Positions 47,901 to 58,041 of a stretch of 64,000 nt of DNA are shown in pieces. A program made the position numbers and the translations under genes. Where the stretch lies: the NCBI GenBank assembly GCA_002433895.1, contig DJJA01000003.1:447745-511744 (forward strand), in the 5' to 3' direction. Below the pieces are notes generated by a model that saw only the letters and a list, made by a program, of their open reading frames with translations, ran no database searches and had not been told where the DNA came from. The DNA is from Candidatus Gottesmanbacteria bacterium UBA6580. GTDB lineage: Bacteria; Patescibacteriota; Microgenomatia; UBA10105; UBA927. Position 1 is the first letter of the stretch, and each line of letters opens with the position of its first letter.

Positions 47901-48802
47901 AATTAAGCATTGTCATAAGCACATACAACAGGGCGAAAAGCCTTTCGAGAACATTAGCGTCCGTAAAGTCTGTGGCAGACGAGATTATCGTTGTCGATAA
48001 TGAGTCACCCGATGACACGGCTGCCGTTGCTAAAAAATTCGGCGCGAAAGTATATATTCGGCCAAATAATCTCATGCTCAATGTCAACAAAAATTACGGA
48101 TTTACGAAAGCATCAGGTGATTGGATATTATGCCTCGACGACGATGAAGAAATTACGGCAGAACTTGCGCGGGAAATAAAGGAAGCCATGAATACCCTCG
48201 ATGTGGCCGGATATTGGATTCCACGGAAAAATATCATTTTCGGACGCTTTATACAGCATGGTATTTGGTGGCCGGATCAACAATTGAGGTTAATTAAGAA
48301 AGGCAGTGGTAAATATCCGGAAAAACATGTGCACGAATATATAGAAGTAGAAGGTGCCACACGGGTATTGAAAAATCCTTATATACATTATAACTACGAT
48401 ACGCTCGCCCAGTTTTTAGACAAGATGCAGCGGGTTTATACCGACAGTGAAGTTAATAAATACATAGCCGCGGGGTACAGGGTACACTGGAGCGATGCCA
48501 TCCGCTTTCCTGTTTCCGATTTTCTTAAATTGTACTTTGCTCAGGGTGGATATAAAGACGGGTTGCACGGATTAGTATTGGCAATGCTACAGGGGTTTTA
48601 CTCGTTTATTATTTTTGTAAAGCTATGGGAGCGGGAAAAGTTCCGTGAGATAGACGTAAGCCCGGCGCAGTTGTTTGATGAAATACGCAGATCAGGCAGG
48701 GAAGTGGCGTACTGGGTATACACCACCAAGATAAAAGAAGAAAAAAACCCGGTCGTACGATTGTGGTACCGGTTATTGCGGAGGGGGCTGCGCTTGTCAT
48801 GA
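47897..48802 (+). CDS. GT2 family glycosyltransferase
   Basis: LSIVISTYNR, VVDNESPD, and a DDDE motif. Confidence 0.85.
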   Translation: MKLSIVISTYNRAKSLSRTLASVKSVADEIIVVDNESPDDTAAVAKKFGAKVYIRPNNLMLNVNKNYGFTKASGDWILCLDDDEEITAELAREIKEAMNTLDVAGYWIPRKNIIFGRFIQHGIWWPDQQLRLIKKGSGKYPEKHVHEYIEVEGATRVLKNPYIHYNYDTLAQFLDKMQRVYTDSEVNKYIAAGYRVHWSDAIRFPVSDFLKLYFAQGGYKDGLHGLVLAMLQGFYSFIIFVKLWEREKFREIDVSPAQLFDEIRRSGREVAYWVYTTKIKEEKNPVVRLWYRLLRRGLRLS

Positions 48803-49719
48803 AAAAAGTAGCTCTCGTTATTGTGAATTGGAACGGTATTGAAGATACACGCAGGTGCCTTGCCTCCGTGCGGGCCATGCGGCCCGACGGTAACACGCTT
48901 GAAATCATCGTTGTGGACAACGGGTCAACTGATAACTCGGTGGCGTGTATCGCCAAGGAATTTCCTGAAGTGCGGTTGTTGGCGCTTGATACCAATTTAG
49001 GCTTTACTGGGGGGAATAATGCCGGCATCAAGTATGCAATGCTCAATAATGCTGACTATGTCTGGTTGTTGAATAATGACACGCTCGTTGATCAGCGCGC
49101 GCTGTCAATCCTCGGTGTTTTTGAGGATCCAAACGTGGGAATTGCCGGTTCGAAAATATTTTTTGCGGCAGGACACGAATACCATAAAAAAAGGTACAGC
49201 GCTTCACAAAAAGGTAAGGTGTTTTGGTATGCCGGGGGTCTTGTTGATTGGGACAATATGTACGCAAGTCACCGGGGTGTTGACGAGGTAGATAAAGGGC
49301 AGTATGAGACGGTTGAGCAGACAACATTTGTTACCGGGTGTTCAATGATGATACGGCGGAACGTTATAGAAAAAATCGGCGTTTTGGATGACGCGTACTA
49401 TTTATATCTGGAAGATCTGGATTTTTGCCTGCGGGCGCGTAATGCCGGTTTTTTGCTCATGTATTATCCGCGGTCTATTGTGTGGCATGTGAACGCTGGT
49501 TCTTCGGGTGGCGCAGGAAACCCTTTACATGACTACTACATAACGAGAAACAGGTTGCTTGTGGGTTTCCGTTTCGCGCCAACACGCACGAAATTCGCGC
49601 TTATCCGCGAGGCTGTCCGTTTTTTGAGGGGCAATAATCCTGAAAAAAAACAAGCGGTCACGGATTTTTTGACGGGTAGGCTGGGGAGACAGTATGAGCC
49701 AAAAAAAGCTATCACTTAG
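48799..49719 (+). CDS. GT2 family glycosyltransferase (rhamnosyltransferase-like)
   Basis: VALVIVNWNG, VVDNGSTD, and YLEDLDFC. Internal ATG at 48799 overlaps the upstream stop as ATGA. Confidence 0.85.
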   Translation: MKKVALVIVNWNGIEDTRRCLASVRAMRPDGNTLEIIVVDNGSTDNSVACIAKEFPEVRLLALDTNLGFTGGNNAGIKYAMLNNADYVWLLNNDTLVDQRALSILGVFEDPNVGIAGSKIFFAAGHEYHKKRYSASQKGKVFWYAGGLVDWDNMYASHRGVDEVDKGQYETVEQTTFVTGCSMMIRRNVIEKIGVLDDAYYLYLEDLDFCLRARNAGFLLMYYPRSIVWHVNAGSSGGAGNPLHDYYITRNRLLVGFRFAPTRTKFALIREAVRFLRGNNPEKKQAVTDFLTGRLGRQYEPKKAIT

Positions 49720-50458
49720 TGTCATTATTATCGCCAAAAATGAAGAGGCGCGTATAGGCGCCTGCCTTGACGCAGTGCAGTTTGCGTCTGAACGTCTCGT
49801 ATTGGACAACGGTTCGACCGACAAAACGCCTGACATCGCCAAAAACCGGGGCGTGCAGGTGAAAACATTCCGGTCAGACAGTTTTGCGGAGCTTCGGAAT
49901 AAAGCAGCAACGCTCGTTCACGGGGATTGGATTCTTTATATAGACGCGGACGAAAGAGTGAGCGAACCGCTTGCTGAGAATATAGAAAAAATCATCCGCG
50001 GATGGAGGCCGGGTGATAAGGCAGGGTTTGAAATTCTCCGAGAGAATTACTATCTCGGACGCCGTTGGCCCAAAAGCGAGTGGATGCTCAGGTTGTTTAA
50101 AACAGACGCGTTTAACGGTTGGCATGGCGTGTTGCATGAAACGCCCAAAATACAGGGTGAAATAGGCCGCATTGACGGATTACTCATCCATAACACCCAC
50201 AGGACACTAGCAGAAATGGTTGAGAAAACGAATGAATGGAGCGAGGTTGAAGCACAATTGCGGTTATCATCGAGACACCCAGAGATACACTGGTGGCGGC
50301 TATTGCGTGTCATGGGCACGGGTTTTTGGAATTCTTTTGTCGTCCAGGGCGGGTGGCGCGCAGGTACTGCCGGGTGGATAGAAAGCATATATCAGGGATT
50401 TAGCATGTTTATTACATACGCGAAGTTATGGGAAATGCAGCACCAAAAAAAATCATGA
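49694..50458 (+). CDS. GT2 family glycosyltransferase (WaaE/KdtX-like)
   Basis: LSVIIIAKNEE, LDNGSTD, and YIDADE. Confidence 0.8.
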   Translation: MSQKKLSLSVIIIAKNEEARIGACLDAVQFASERLVLDNGSTDKTPDIAKNRGVQVKTFRSDSFAELRNKAATLVHGDWILYIDADERVSEPLAENIEKIIRGWRPGDKAGFEILRENYYLGRRWPKSEWMLRLFKTDAFNGWHGVLHETPKIQGEIGRIDGLLIHNTHRTLAEMVEKTNEWSEVEAQLRLSSRHPEIHWWRLLRVMGTGFWNSFVVQGGWRAGTAGWIESIYQGFSMFITYAKLWEMQHQKKS

Positions 50459-52767
50459 AGAACATTGTATCCCGGTGGTGGCCCGCATTGGTTGTCGTGA
50501 TAGCGTGGTTTGTTTTTGGAGCCCCTTATTTTACAAAGGGAAGGGTGCCTTTTCCCTCGACATACCTTGTAACATTTTTTCCGCCCTGGAGCGCAACAAA
50601 CGGCATGCCCGTAAAAAATAACGCGATGCCGGACGTGATTACCCAGATTTATCCTTGGAAACGAGTAACGGTTGACGCATGGAAAAACGGGGAAATACCT
50701 TTATGGAACCCATATAGTTTTTCAGGTACAAGTCATGTAGGCAATTATCAAAGCGCGGTATTTTCGCCGGTAAATTTGTTGTTTTTTCTGTTGCCCGAGG
50801 TGCACGCGTGGAGCATCATGATTTTGCTGCAGCCGCTACTCGCCGGACTTTTTATGCTTTTGTTCATGCGGGCGATAGGGGTAAGCCGCGTGGGAAGTGT
50901 TTTGGGATCAGTCGCGTTTATGTTTTGCGGATTTATTGTCGTATGGATGGCTTACGGAACACTTTCCTATGCCGCCCTTTTGTTGCCGCTTATTCTCTAT
51001 GGCATCCATACGTATGTATATCACGCCAAAAAATGGGCGCTCGCGGTGGGGAGCATCGCGGTAGGATTGTCGTTCGTATCAGGTCATTTTCAGATAAGTT
51101 TGTATGTACTGATGTACGTTGTGGCTTATCTTGTGTATCTTTTTTTTACTTCACCGGAAAAACGAAGAGTGTGGATGGCAGTATTATTAGTATGTATAGG
51201 CATATTGTTGGCCGCTCCCCAGATATTCCCCGCGTTTAGGGCGTATTCTTTGGCTGTCCGCAGTAGTCTGTTTCTTAAGGGTGAGGTTATCCCGTGGCAA
51301 TATCTGGTAACGATATTTTCTCCTGATTTTTTCGGTAATCCGGTTACCAGGAATGATTGGTTTGGCCACTATGCTGAATGGGCGAGTTTTATTGGCGTTG
51401 TACCGCTATTTCTCGCGTTATTTGCGATGTGGTACGCGAGGCGCCAGCCGGTAATAACATACTTTCTGCTGATGAGCGTACTTCCGTTACTTATGGCGTA
51501 TCAAACTCCGCTGATAGATGCGATTTTCGCGTTAAAAATACCGGTGCTATCGACAAGCGCCGCGTCAAGGATTATTGTGTTATGTAGTTTTTCACTCGCG
51601 GTGCTTTCCGGGTTGGGTCTGGATGCATTGATTAAGGCGTGGGAGTCCCGTGAACGGAAAAAAATAATCATTTTTTCTGCCGCAAGCTTTATTTTGGTGG
51701 TAGTCATCTGGAGCATCCTTATTGTCGTGCGGCCGATGTCGCCGGAGCACCTTACGGTTGCGATCCGCAACACCGTATTACCCACGTTATTTTGGTGTGT
51801 TGCCATCGGTGCGATGGTGGCCGGAAGTGTTATACCGAAACGGTTCAGGACGGTGTTATGTTACATGCTCGTAGTGGTGGCGGTATTTGATTCGTATCGG
51901 TTCGCGTCGAAATGGATGCCGTTTGATCCTGTAAACCTCGTGTATCCGCAAATTCCGTTTATTACTAAGCTTCAGTCACTTGTTGACGGCGGGCGTTTTA
52001 GAGTATTCGGCAATATAGGTAACGAAGTTGGTTCCGCATTTGGCATACCGCTTATTGAAGGGTACGACGCGGTATATCAACAGCGGTATGGTGAACTTAT
52101 TTCCGCGGCAGGCAACGGAAAAATTATGGGTGCGGGTAGGTCAGTGGTAAGTATGGAAAAGCACGGGACATATACAGAATTCATACTTCAGTTGTTGGGG
52201 GTGAGGTATTACGCGCATAAAAAGAGTGATGGGAGATTGCCATGGGCGTATCCGTTTTGGGAGTATCCCCAGTACAACAGGATTTGGGAAGATGAACACT
52301 TTGAGATTTTTGAAAATACACAAAGTTATCCTAAGGCATTGTTAGCAGGGTCGTATATAGTGGCGACGGACAAACAGGAAATAGTGAATGCGCTATTTTC
52401 AAACGAAATAAACCCCCGCGAAACAATTATTTTAGAAGAGAAACCAGTATTTGATCCGGCACCGGGTGATGGTACTGTTACGATTTCATCATATAGACCG
52501 ACGGAATTAGTCATGCATGTCTCTGCTGACGCTCCCAAGTTATTATTTGTTTCTGATGTGTATGACGACGGGTGGCAGGTCGCGATAGACGGTACATCAT
52601 CGGAGATATACCGTGCTCACTATGATTTCAGGGCGGTTGCAGTTCCGAAAGGGGCACATACAGTCCGTATGTGGTACTCACCCAAAAGTGTGAACACGGG
52701 ATTATTGGTGGCAGGAATTGCTACACTGGGAATAGCCGGATTTTTACTTATGAAAAAACGCATATGA
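50455..52767 (+). CDS. YfhO-family large membrane protein (putative GT-C glycosyltransferase), paralog 1
   Basis: N-terminal pattern DVITQIYPW ... DAWKNGEIPLWNPYSFSG ... FSPVNLLFFLL and more than 12 TM helices. 770 aa. ATGA-coupled start. Confidence 0.7.
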   Translation: MKNIVSRWWPALVVVIAWFVFGAPYFTKGRVPFPSTYLVTFFPPWSATNGMPVKNNAMPDVITQIYPWKRVTVDAWKNGEIPLWNPYSFSGTSHVGNYQSAVFSPVNLLFFLLPEVHAWSIMILLQPLLAGLFMLLFMRAIGVSRVGSVLGSVAFMFCGFIVVWMAYGTLSYAALLLPLILYGIHTYVYHAKKWALAVGSIAVGLSFVSGHFQISLYVLMYVVAYLVYLFFTSPEKRRVWMAVLLVCIGILLAAPQIFPAFRAYSLAVRSSLFLKGEVIPWQYLVTIFSPDFFGNPVTRNDWFGHYAEWASFIGVVPLFLALFAMWYARRQPVITYFLLMSVLPLLMAYQTPLIDAIFALKIPVLSTSAASRIIVLCSFSLAVLSGLGLDALIKAWESRERKKIIIFSAASFILVVVIWSILIVVRPMSPEHLTVAIRNTVLPTLFWCVAIGAMVAGSVIPKRFRTVLCYMLVVVAVFDSYRFASKWMPFDPVNLVYPQIPFITKLQSLVDGGRFRVFGNIGNEVGSAFGIPLIEGYDAVYQQRYGELISAAGNGKIMGAGRSVVSMEKHGTYTEFILQLLGVRYYAHKKSDGRLPWAYPFWEYPQYNRIWEDEHFEIFENTQSYPKALLAGSYIVATDKQEIVNALFSNEINPRETIILEEKPVFDPAPGDGTVTISSYRPTELVMHVSADAPKLLFVSDVYDDGWQVAIDGTSSEIYRAHYDFRAVAVPKGAHTVRMWYSPKSVNTGLLVAGIATLGIAGFLLMKKRI

Positions 52768-53825
52768 AAATAGGATTTTATAATCCATATTATGACGGCT
52801 TGGGTGGTGGAGAGCGGTATACGCTTACGCTCGCGAGTCACTGGTCAAAGCATCACGACGTCGTGTTGTTTTGGGATGATCCGAATATTATCGGACTGTC
52901 TGAAAAGCGGTTTGGTATTGACCTGACCCGGGTGCGTGTGACCCCAAACATTTTCAAAAATGCGAACATATTCGCGAAATTATGGGAGTCACGGAAATAT
53001 GACCTTATTTTTTTCTTAAGTGATGGCAGTATTCCCGCGACGCTCGCAAAACACAACATTTTACATTTTCAAGTGCCGTTTTCTTCACTGTTGGTTGACC
53101 CGTGGAAGCGCAACCGGTTTGACGTGGTGGTATGTAATTCGCAATTTACCAAAAATGAACTGGATCCGCAGTTGGGTGACCAAGCAGTAGTCATATATCC
53201 TCCGGTGCAACACGTGGGCAAGCCAACCACCAGACGGCCAAAAAAGAAACAGATATTGTCAGTGGGTCGGTTTACCGGTTATTTCCAAGCGAAAAAACAG
53301 GAAGTACTTATTGACGCATTTATACAAGGTCATACACAGGGAATTTTTACGGGATGGGAACTGGTGCTCGCCGGAGGACTTATTCCTTCGGATCAAGCAT
53401 ATTTTGATAAACTCACAAAAATGGTTGCGGGTACGTCGGTGCGGCTTATGCCCAACATTACCAACGATGAACTTGTCCGCTTGTACCAATCAAGTGCGTT
53501 GTACTGGCATGCTGCCGGCTTTGGCACTGATAACCCTACACAAATGGAACACTTTGGTATAACAACCGCGGAAGCAATGAGCGCGGGTCTTGTACCGGTC
53601 GTGAATGCCGCCGGCGGTCAGTTGGAAATAGTAACCGACAATGTGAACGGCATGTTGTGGCGCACGCAGGATGAGCTTATTGCAAAAACGGCAGCGCTTA
53701 TCCGTGATAGCAAGATGTATGACTCGCTTTCGAAAGAAGCGGTGGTGAGGTCTCAGGATTTTGATGAAGTGCAGTTTACCCGGGGATTTGACGCCCTCAT
53801 TGCGGGTTGGTCAGAAAAACGCTGA
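52764..53825 (+). CDS. GT4 family glycosyltransferase
   Basis: GT-B fold with the C-terminal EHFGITTAEAMSAGLVPV (E-X7-E-like) motif. ATGA-coupled start. Confidence 0.85.
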   Translation: MKIGFYNPYYDGLGGGERYTLTLASHWSKHHDVVLFWDDPNIIGLSEKRFGIDLTRVRVTPNIFKNANIFAKLWESRKYDLIFFLSDGSIPATLAKHNILHFQVPFSSLLVDPWKRNRFDVVVCNSQFTKNELDPQLGDQAVVIYPPVQHVGKPTTRRPKKKQILSVGRFTGYFQAKKQEVLIDAFIQGHTQGIFTGWELVLAGGLIPSDQAYFDKLTKMVAGTSVRLMPNITNDELVRLYQSSALYWHAAGFGTDNPTQMEHFGITTAEAMSAGLVPVVNAAGGQLEIVTDNVNGMLWRTQDELIAKTAALIRDSKMYDSLSKEAVVRSQDFDEVQFTRGFDALIAGWSEKR

Positions 53826-53862
53826 GGAATATATTTGTCGCACAACATACAACATTATCAAT

Positions 53863-56211
53863 ATGAAAAATTTACCCCGCCACACTATGCTCCGATCATC
53901 AGTTTTGTGGTTATTTTCATCAGCAAGAGTAAAGTTCGCTAATGCCTCGACGGTGTGGTCGTGGGTGCGGGGTGTACGAATATGGGGTGTCATCGCGTTG
54001 TTTACCGTCCTTGTGCTCGGATTTTTTTATAAGACGGTCATATACCAGCATTTACCAGTGCCATCCGACACGCTCGTCGGGCTATATCATCCATGGAGAG
54101 ACCGGTATGCGAATGATTATCCCCGCGGAGTGCCGTTTAAAAATTTTTTGATTACGGATCCCATACGCCAGCAAATTCCCTGGCGAAAAGTCGTCATTGA
54201 TGCCTGGCAAGCGGGAACCAGGCCTTCGTTTAATCCGTATACATTCGCGGGGGTACCTCTTGACGCAAATATTCAGGCGGCTCCGTTTTATCCGTTTAAC
54301 GTTTTGTTTTTGATCTTTAGATTCCCGGTGGCCTGGACAATTCTTATCGTGCTTCAGCCGTTACTATCCGGCATTTTTTTCTATTTATTTATCAAAAAAC
54401 AACACGCCGGTGATATCGCCGCAGCCGTAGGCGCGTGTACGTGGGCATTTAGCGGATTTGCGGTATCCTGGTTGACCTGGGGCACAATCGTGCATGTATC
54501 GTTATGGCTGCCGCTGCTGCTTCTTGCTATAGACGAGCTGTACATTGTGAACAAGCCTCTCAGGCATTATGTCCGATGGGCGGCTTTGTTATCGGTGGCT
54601 GCGGTTATGACCTTGCTCGCGGGACATATACAGGTGGCGCTCTATGCGTATGTTGCTGCGACCGGGTTTGTTGTATGGAAACACCGGGCGGCAAAACATG
54701 CAATACCGGTGCGGTGGCTTATGCTATCCGGTATTACCGCGTTGGTGGTGAGTGCTTTTCAATGGGTGCCGCTTGTCAGATATCTGTCTGAAACCGGCAG
54801 GATTGCGGCGACTGAGTCATGGAAAGCGGTAGGTTGGTTTTTGCCGTGGCAGCATCTTATCCAGTTTATTGCTCCCGATTTTTTTGGTAACCCCGCCACG
54901 CTTAACTACTGGGGAGTGTGGAATTATGGTGAATTTGTCGGATATATCGGAGTTATTCCACTGCTTCTTGCACTCAGTGTTTCCGCGCTTCCCGGCTTGC
55001 CCCGATTTTTTGTAAGCGTTTTGGGTATCAGCCTGTTGTGCATGTTGCCAAATCCCATCAGCACGCTCGTCTACGCTATGCATGTTCCGGTATTATCGGT
55101 ACTGCAGCCCACCCGGCTTATGGTGTTGGTCGACTTATCATTAGCGGTACTCTCTGTATACGCGTTTGACAGGTTGATAAAGGGTGAAAAACTACCGGTA
55201 AAAACAAGCATCGCCGGATTCGGCCTTATCATGGCGGTATTGTGGGCGGCCGTATTGGGCGGGCGCTTTGTGATCACTCTTCCTGAGATGCTGGCAAATT
55301 TGGAAATAGCAAAGAGGAATTTAATTATCCCAACGCTTCTTTATTCCGGATTTGTATGCTGGTGGGTTATATTTGGCGTACTCCGGCGGAAATTGTATAA
55401 AACGTTATGGACGGGTGTACTGTTCGTTGTCATAATTGCCGATCTTTTCCGGTTTGGATGGAAATTCACACCCTTTACTCCCGAAAAATATTTTTTTCCT
55501 CGAACGCAGATTATCACATTTCTCCAAAATCAACAGAAACCGTTTCGCGTGATGAGTCTGGACGACCGGATACTTCCGCCAAATGTAAGCGCCTATTTTG
55601 GTATCGAAACAATAGAGGGATATGATCCGTTGGCTCCGAAACAATACGAAGAATTTTTGGCGGCCAGTGAGCGTGGCAACGCGGATGCCGATAGCCCTAC
55701 GGGGTTTAACCGGATATACACGGCGCATAATATTGATTCGTTGGTACTGCCGTATATGAACGTACGGTACGTGCTTACCATGGGTGAAATAAAACGGCCG
55801 TTTCTTCGGGAAGTGATGAGGGAAGGAGACACATTCGTGTATGAATATACACGCGCATTGCCGCGGGTGTATTTAGCCGACCATATAGAGGTTATGTCCC
55901 AGGAAAAAACGCTCGCTTCGTTATTTGACCGTTATGTCTCCTATCGGGCGGTATACGACGGCTCTGTGAATACGATAAACGCTCCGCTTACCGGGGACGA
56001 ATTCGCGGAAATAGTTTCCTATTCGTCAAGGAATATGACTATCCGGACACGTGCAATAAATACACGCTTGCTCGTCATCCTTAACCGTTTTGACCCCCGT
56101 TGGAAAATCCACGTGGATGGTGTGGTTACCCCGGGATTACGCGTCAATCATTTGTTTATGGGAGTGGCGGTACCCGCAGGCAATCATGATATTATACTGA
56201 CATACCGTTGA
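53863..56211 (+). CDS. YfhO-family large membrane protein, paralog 2
   Basis: DPIRQQIPW ... DAWQAGTRPSFNPYTFAG ... FYPFNVLFLIF, and C-terminal similarity to 50455. Confidence 0.7.
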   Translation: MKNLPRHTMLRSSVLWLFSSARVKFANASTVWSWVRGVRIWGVIALFTVLVLGFFYKTVIYQHLPVPSDTLVGLYHPWRDRYANDYPRGVPFKNFLITDPIRQQIPWRKVVIDAWQAGTRPSFNPYTFAGVPLDANIQAAPFYPFNVLFLIFRFPVAWTILIVLQPLLSGIFFYLFIKKQHAGDIAAAVGACTWAFSGFAVSWLTWGTIVHVSLWLPLLLLAIDELYIVNKPLRHYVRWAALLSVAAVMTLLAGHIQVALYAYVAATGFVVWKHRAAKHAIPVRWLMLSGITALVVSAFQWVPLVRYLSETGRIAATESWKAVGWFLPWQHLIQFIAPDFFGNPATLNYWGVWNYGEFVGYIGVIPLLLALSVSALPGLPRFFVSVLGISLLCMLPNPISTLVYAMHVPVLSVLQPTRLMVLVDLSLAVLSVYAFDRLIKGEKLPVKTSIAGFGLIMAVLWAAVLGGRFVITLPEMLANLEIAKRNLIIPTLLYSGFVCWWVIFGVLRRKLYKTLWTGVLFVVIIADLFRFGWKFTPFTPEKYFFPRTQIITFLQNQQKPFRVMSLDDRILPPNVSAYFGIETIEGYDPLAPKQYEEFLAASERGNADADSPTGFNRIYTAHNIDSLVLPYMNVRYVLTMGEIKRPFLREVMREGDTFVYEYTRALPRVYLADHIEVMSQEKTLASLFDRYVSYRAVYDGSVNTINAPLTGDEFAEIVSYSSRNMTIRTRAINTRLLVILNRFDPRWKIHVDGVVTPGLRVNHLFMGVAVPAGNHDIILTYR

Positions 56212-56231
56212 CCGGTGGAATTATTGTGATT

Positions 56232-57146
56232 ATGAAAAGTACATGTACGGTGAGTATCGTTATACCAAATTGGAACGGCAGTCACTTACTGGAGAAGAAT
56301 TTGCCATTTGTGTTGACGGCGGCACCTGATGCCCAAATTATCGTCGCAGATGACGCTTCGAGCGATAACTCACTGTCTCTGCTAAGGGAGAAATTTCCAT
56401 CAGTGACAGTTGTTTCCAGCAAAAAGCAGCAGGGGTTTGCCGGAAATGTTAATGCGGGCGTTGCCCGCGCTTCCGGTGAGATCATCGTATTGCTGAATAC
56501 CGATGTGCGTCCCGAAAAGGATTTCCTGAAGTTTTTAACCGCCCGGTTTAGTGACCCCCATGTCGCCGCTGTCGGGTGTTTAGAAAAAAGCCATGAGGCG
56601 GGAGGTGTGATTCTCCGTGGAAGGGGTATTGCAAGCTGGAAAAAAGGATATTTTATTCATAAGAAAGGGGAAGTTGATGAAGAAGACACCGCATGGGTGT
56701 CCGGGGGGAGCGCAGCGTACCGCCGGTCTATCTGGAATGAGCTTGGGGGAATGGACACGTTATATAACCCGTTTTACTGGGAGGATATAGATCTTTCCTA
56801 TCAAATGCTGAAGGCCGGTCACCGTATTGTATTTGAGAATAAAAGCGTCGTTGGTCATTTTCATGAGGAAGGAAAGATAAAAACCACCTATACTTCCCGG
56901 GATGTTAAAAAAATTGCATACAGAAACCAGTTTATTTTTATGTGGAAAAATATATCAGACATACGCCTATGGCTTCTTCATTGTTTTTGGACGCCCATAC
57001 GCCTGCTTCAGGCGGCCACCAAAGGAGACTGGCTTATGCTTAATGGATATCTTATGGCTGCGGTAAAATTACCTCAGGTTATACAAAGCAGAAGGCGCGC
57101 TTCTATGCATTGGCGTCTTCGGGATATGGCAATTTTTCCTTCATAA
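56232..57146 (+). CDS. GT2 family glycosyltransferase
   Basis: VSIVIPNWNG, VADDASSDNS, and LNTDV. A TTG at 56208 is an alternative start. Confidence 0.85.
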   Translation: MKSTCTVSIVIPNWNGSHLLEKNLPFVLTAAPDAQIIVADDASSDNSLSLLREKFPSVTVVSSKKQQGFAGNVNAGVARASGEIIVLLNTDVRPEKDFLKFLTARFSDPHVAAVGCLEKSHEAGGVILRGRGIASWKKGYFIHKKGEVDEEDTAWVSGGSAAYRRSIWNELGGMDTLYNPFYWEDIDLSYQMLKAGHRIVFENKSVVGHFHEEGKIKTTYTSRDVKKIAYRNQFIFMWKNISDIRLWLLHCFWTPIRLLQAATKGDWLMLNGYLMAAVKLPQVIQSRRRASMHWRLRDMAIFPS

Positions 57147-57151
57147 GCACT

Positions 57152-58018
57152 ATGCAATGTCTTCTTTGTATCAAGCCACTTGAGAAGTATCTCTATAAGA
57201 ATGGTTACTGGATATACCGGTGCCCCATTTGCCATCTGGGACAAACCGATCTTAAAAAAAATTATAAGCAATTTGTAAAGGAGTTTTATTCTAAAGGCTA
57301 CTACGAAGGCGATCCTACACGCAGCGCGTATGCGGATTATGAGCTTGATAAGCCGTTGATCGTAAGAAATATGAGCAAGCTCCTTTCCTTTGTCGTTCCT
57401 AAAAAGAAAACAGGAAGGTTGCTCGATGTCGGATGTGCATTTGGTTATTTTGTAGAGCTCGCCCTTTCCCGGGGATACGACGCCTACGGATTTGATCCAT
57501 CATCATTTGCGGTTTCACAAGCGAGGAAGCTTGTAGGGAAAAAACGTATCACTGAAGGAACTATCGGAGATGTTGCGTATCCCACAGCGAGTTTTGACAT
57601 TATCACTATGTTTGATGTGTTTGAACACCTTGAAGATCCGCTTAACGATATGAAGAAATTGTCCGCCCTTCTTAAGCCTGATGGCGTTATTATTATCGCG
57701 ACCGGCGATACCCGGAGTCTGGCTGCTAAAATTATGAAGCGCCGTTGGACATTTTTCATACCTCCCCAGCATATTTTCTTTTTTGACAGAGAAAACGTTG
57801 CCTCGCTTTTGAAGCGCGCAAAATTACGGCCTGGCGCGTGGTATCGGGTAGGAAAGTGGTTGAGCTTGGGGTATATTCTCCATTTAGCCAGAACGACCGG
57901 AGAAAGCAGCGCCGCTCAGCTGATCTATAAGCTGGTGAACAAGACTATCCTCATGCGGTTGCCATTGTATGTTCCTATGAAAGATAATATGGTCATTCTT
58001 GCGAACAAGCTGCCATAA
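57152..58018 (+). CDS. class I SAM-dependent methyltransferase with an N-terminal Cys4 zinc ribbon
   Basis: CLLC ... CPIC ribbon, then LLDVGCAFGYF (motif I) and ITMFDVFEHLEDP (Methyltransf_11/23-like). Confidence 0.8.
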   Translation: MQCLLCIKPLEKYLYKNGYWIYRCPICHLGQTDLKKNYKQFVKEFYSKGYYEGDPTRSAYADYELDKPLIVRNMSKLLSFVVPKKKTGRLLDVGCAFGYFVELALSRGYDAYGFDPSSFAVSQARKLVGKKRITEGTIGDVAYPTASFDIITMFDVFEHLEDPLNDMKKLSALLKPDGVIIIATGDTRSLAAKIMKRRWTFFIPPQHIFFFDRENVASLLKRAKLRPGAWYRVGKWLSLGYILHLARTTGESSAAQLIYKLVNKTILMRLPLYVPMKDNMVILANKLP

Positions 58019-58041
58019 GGATTATTATTGATGAGTTACAT

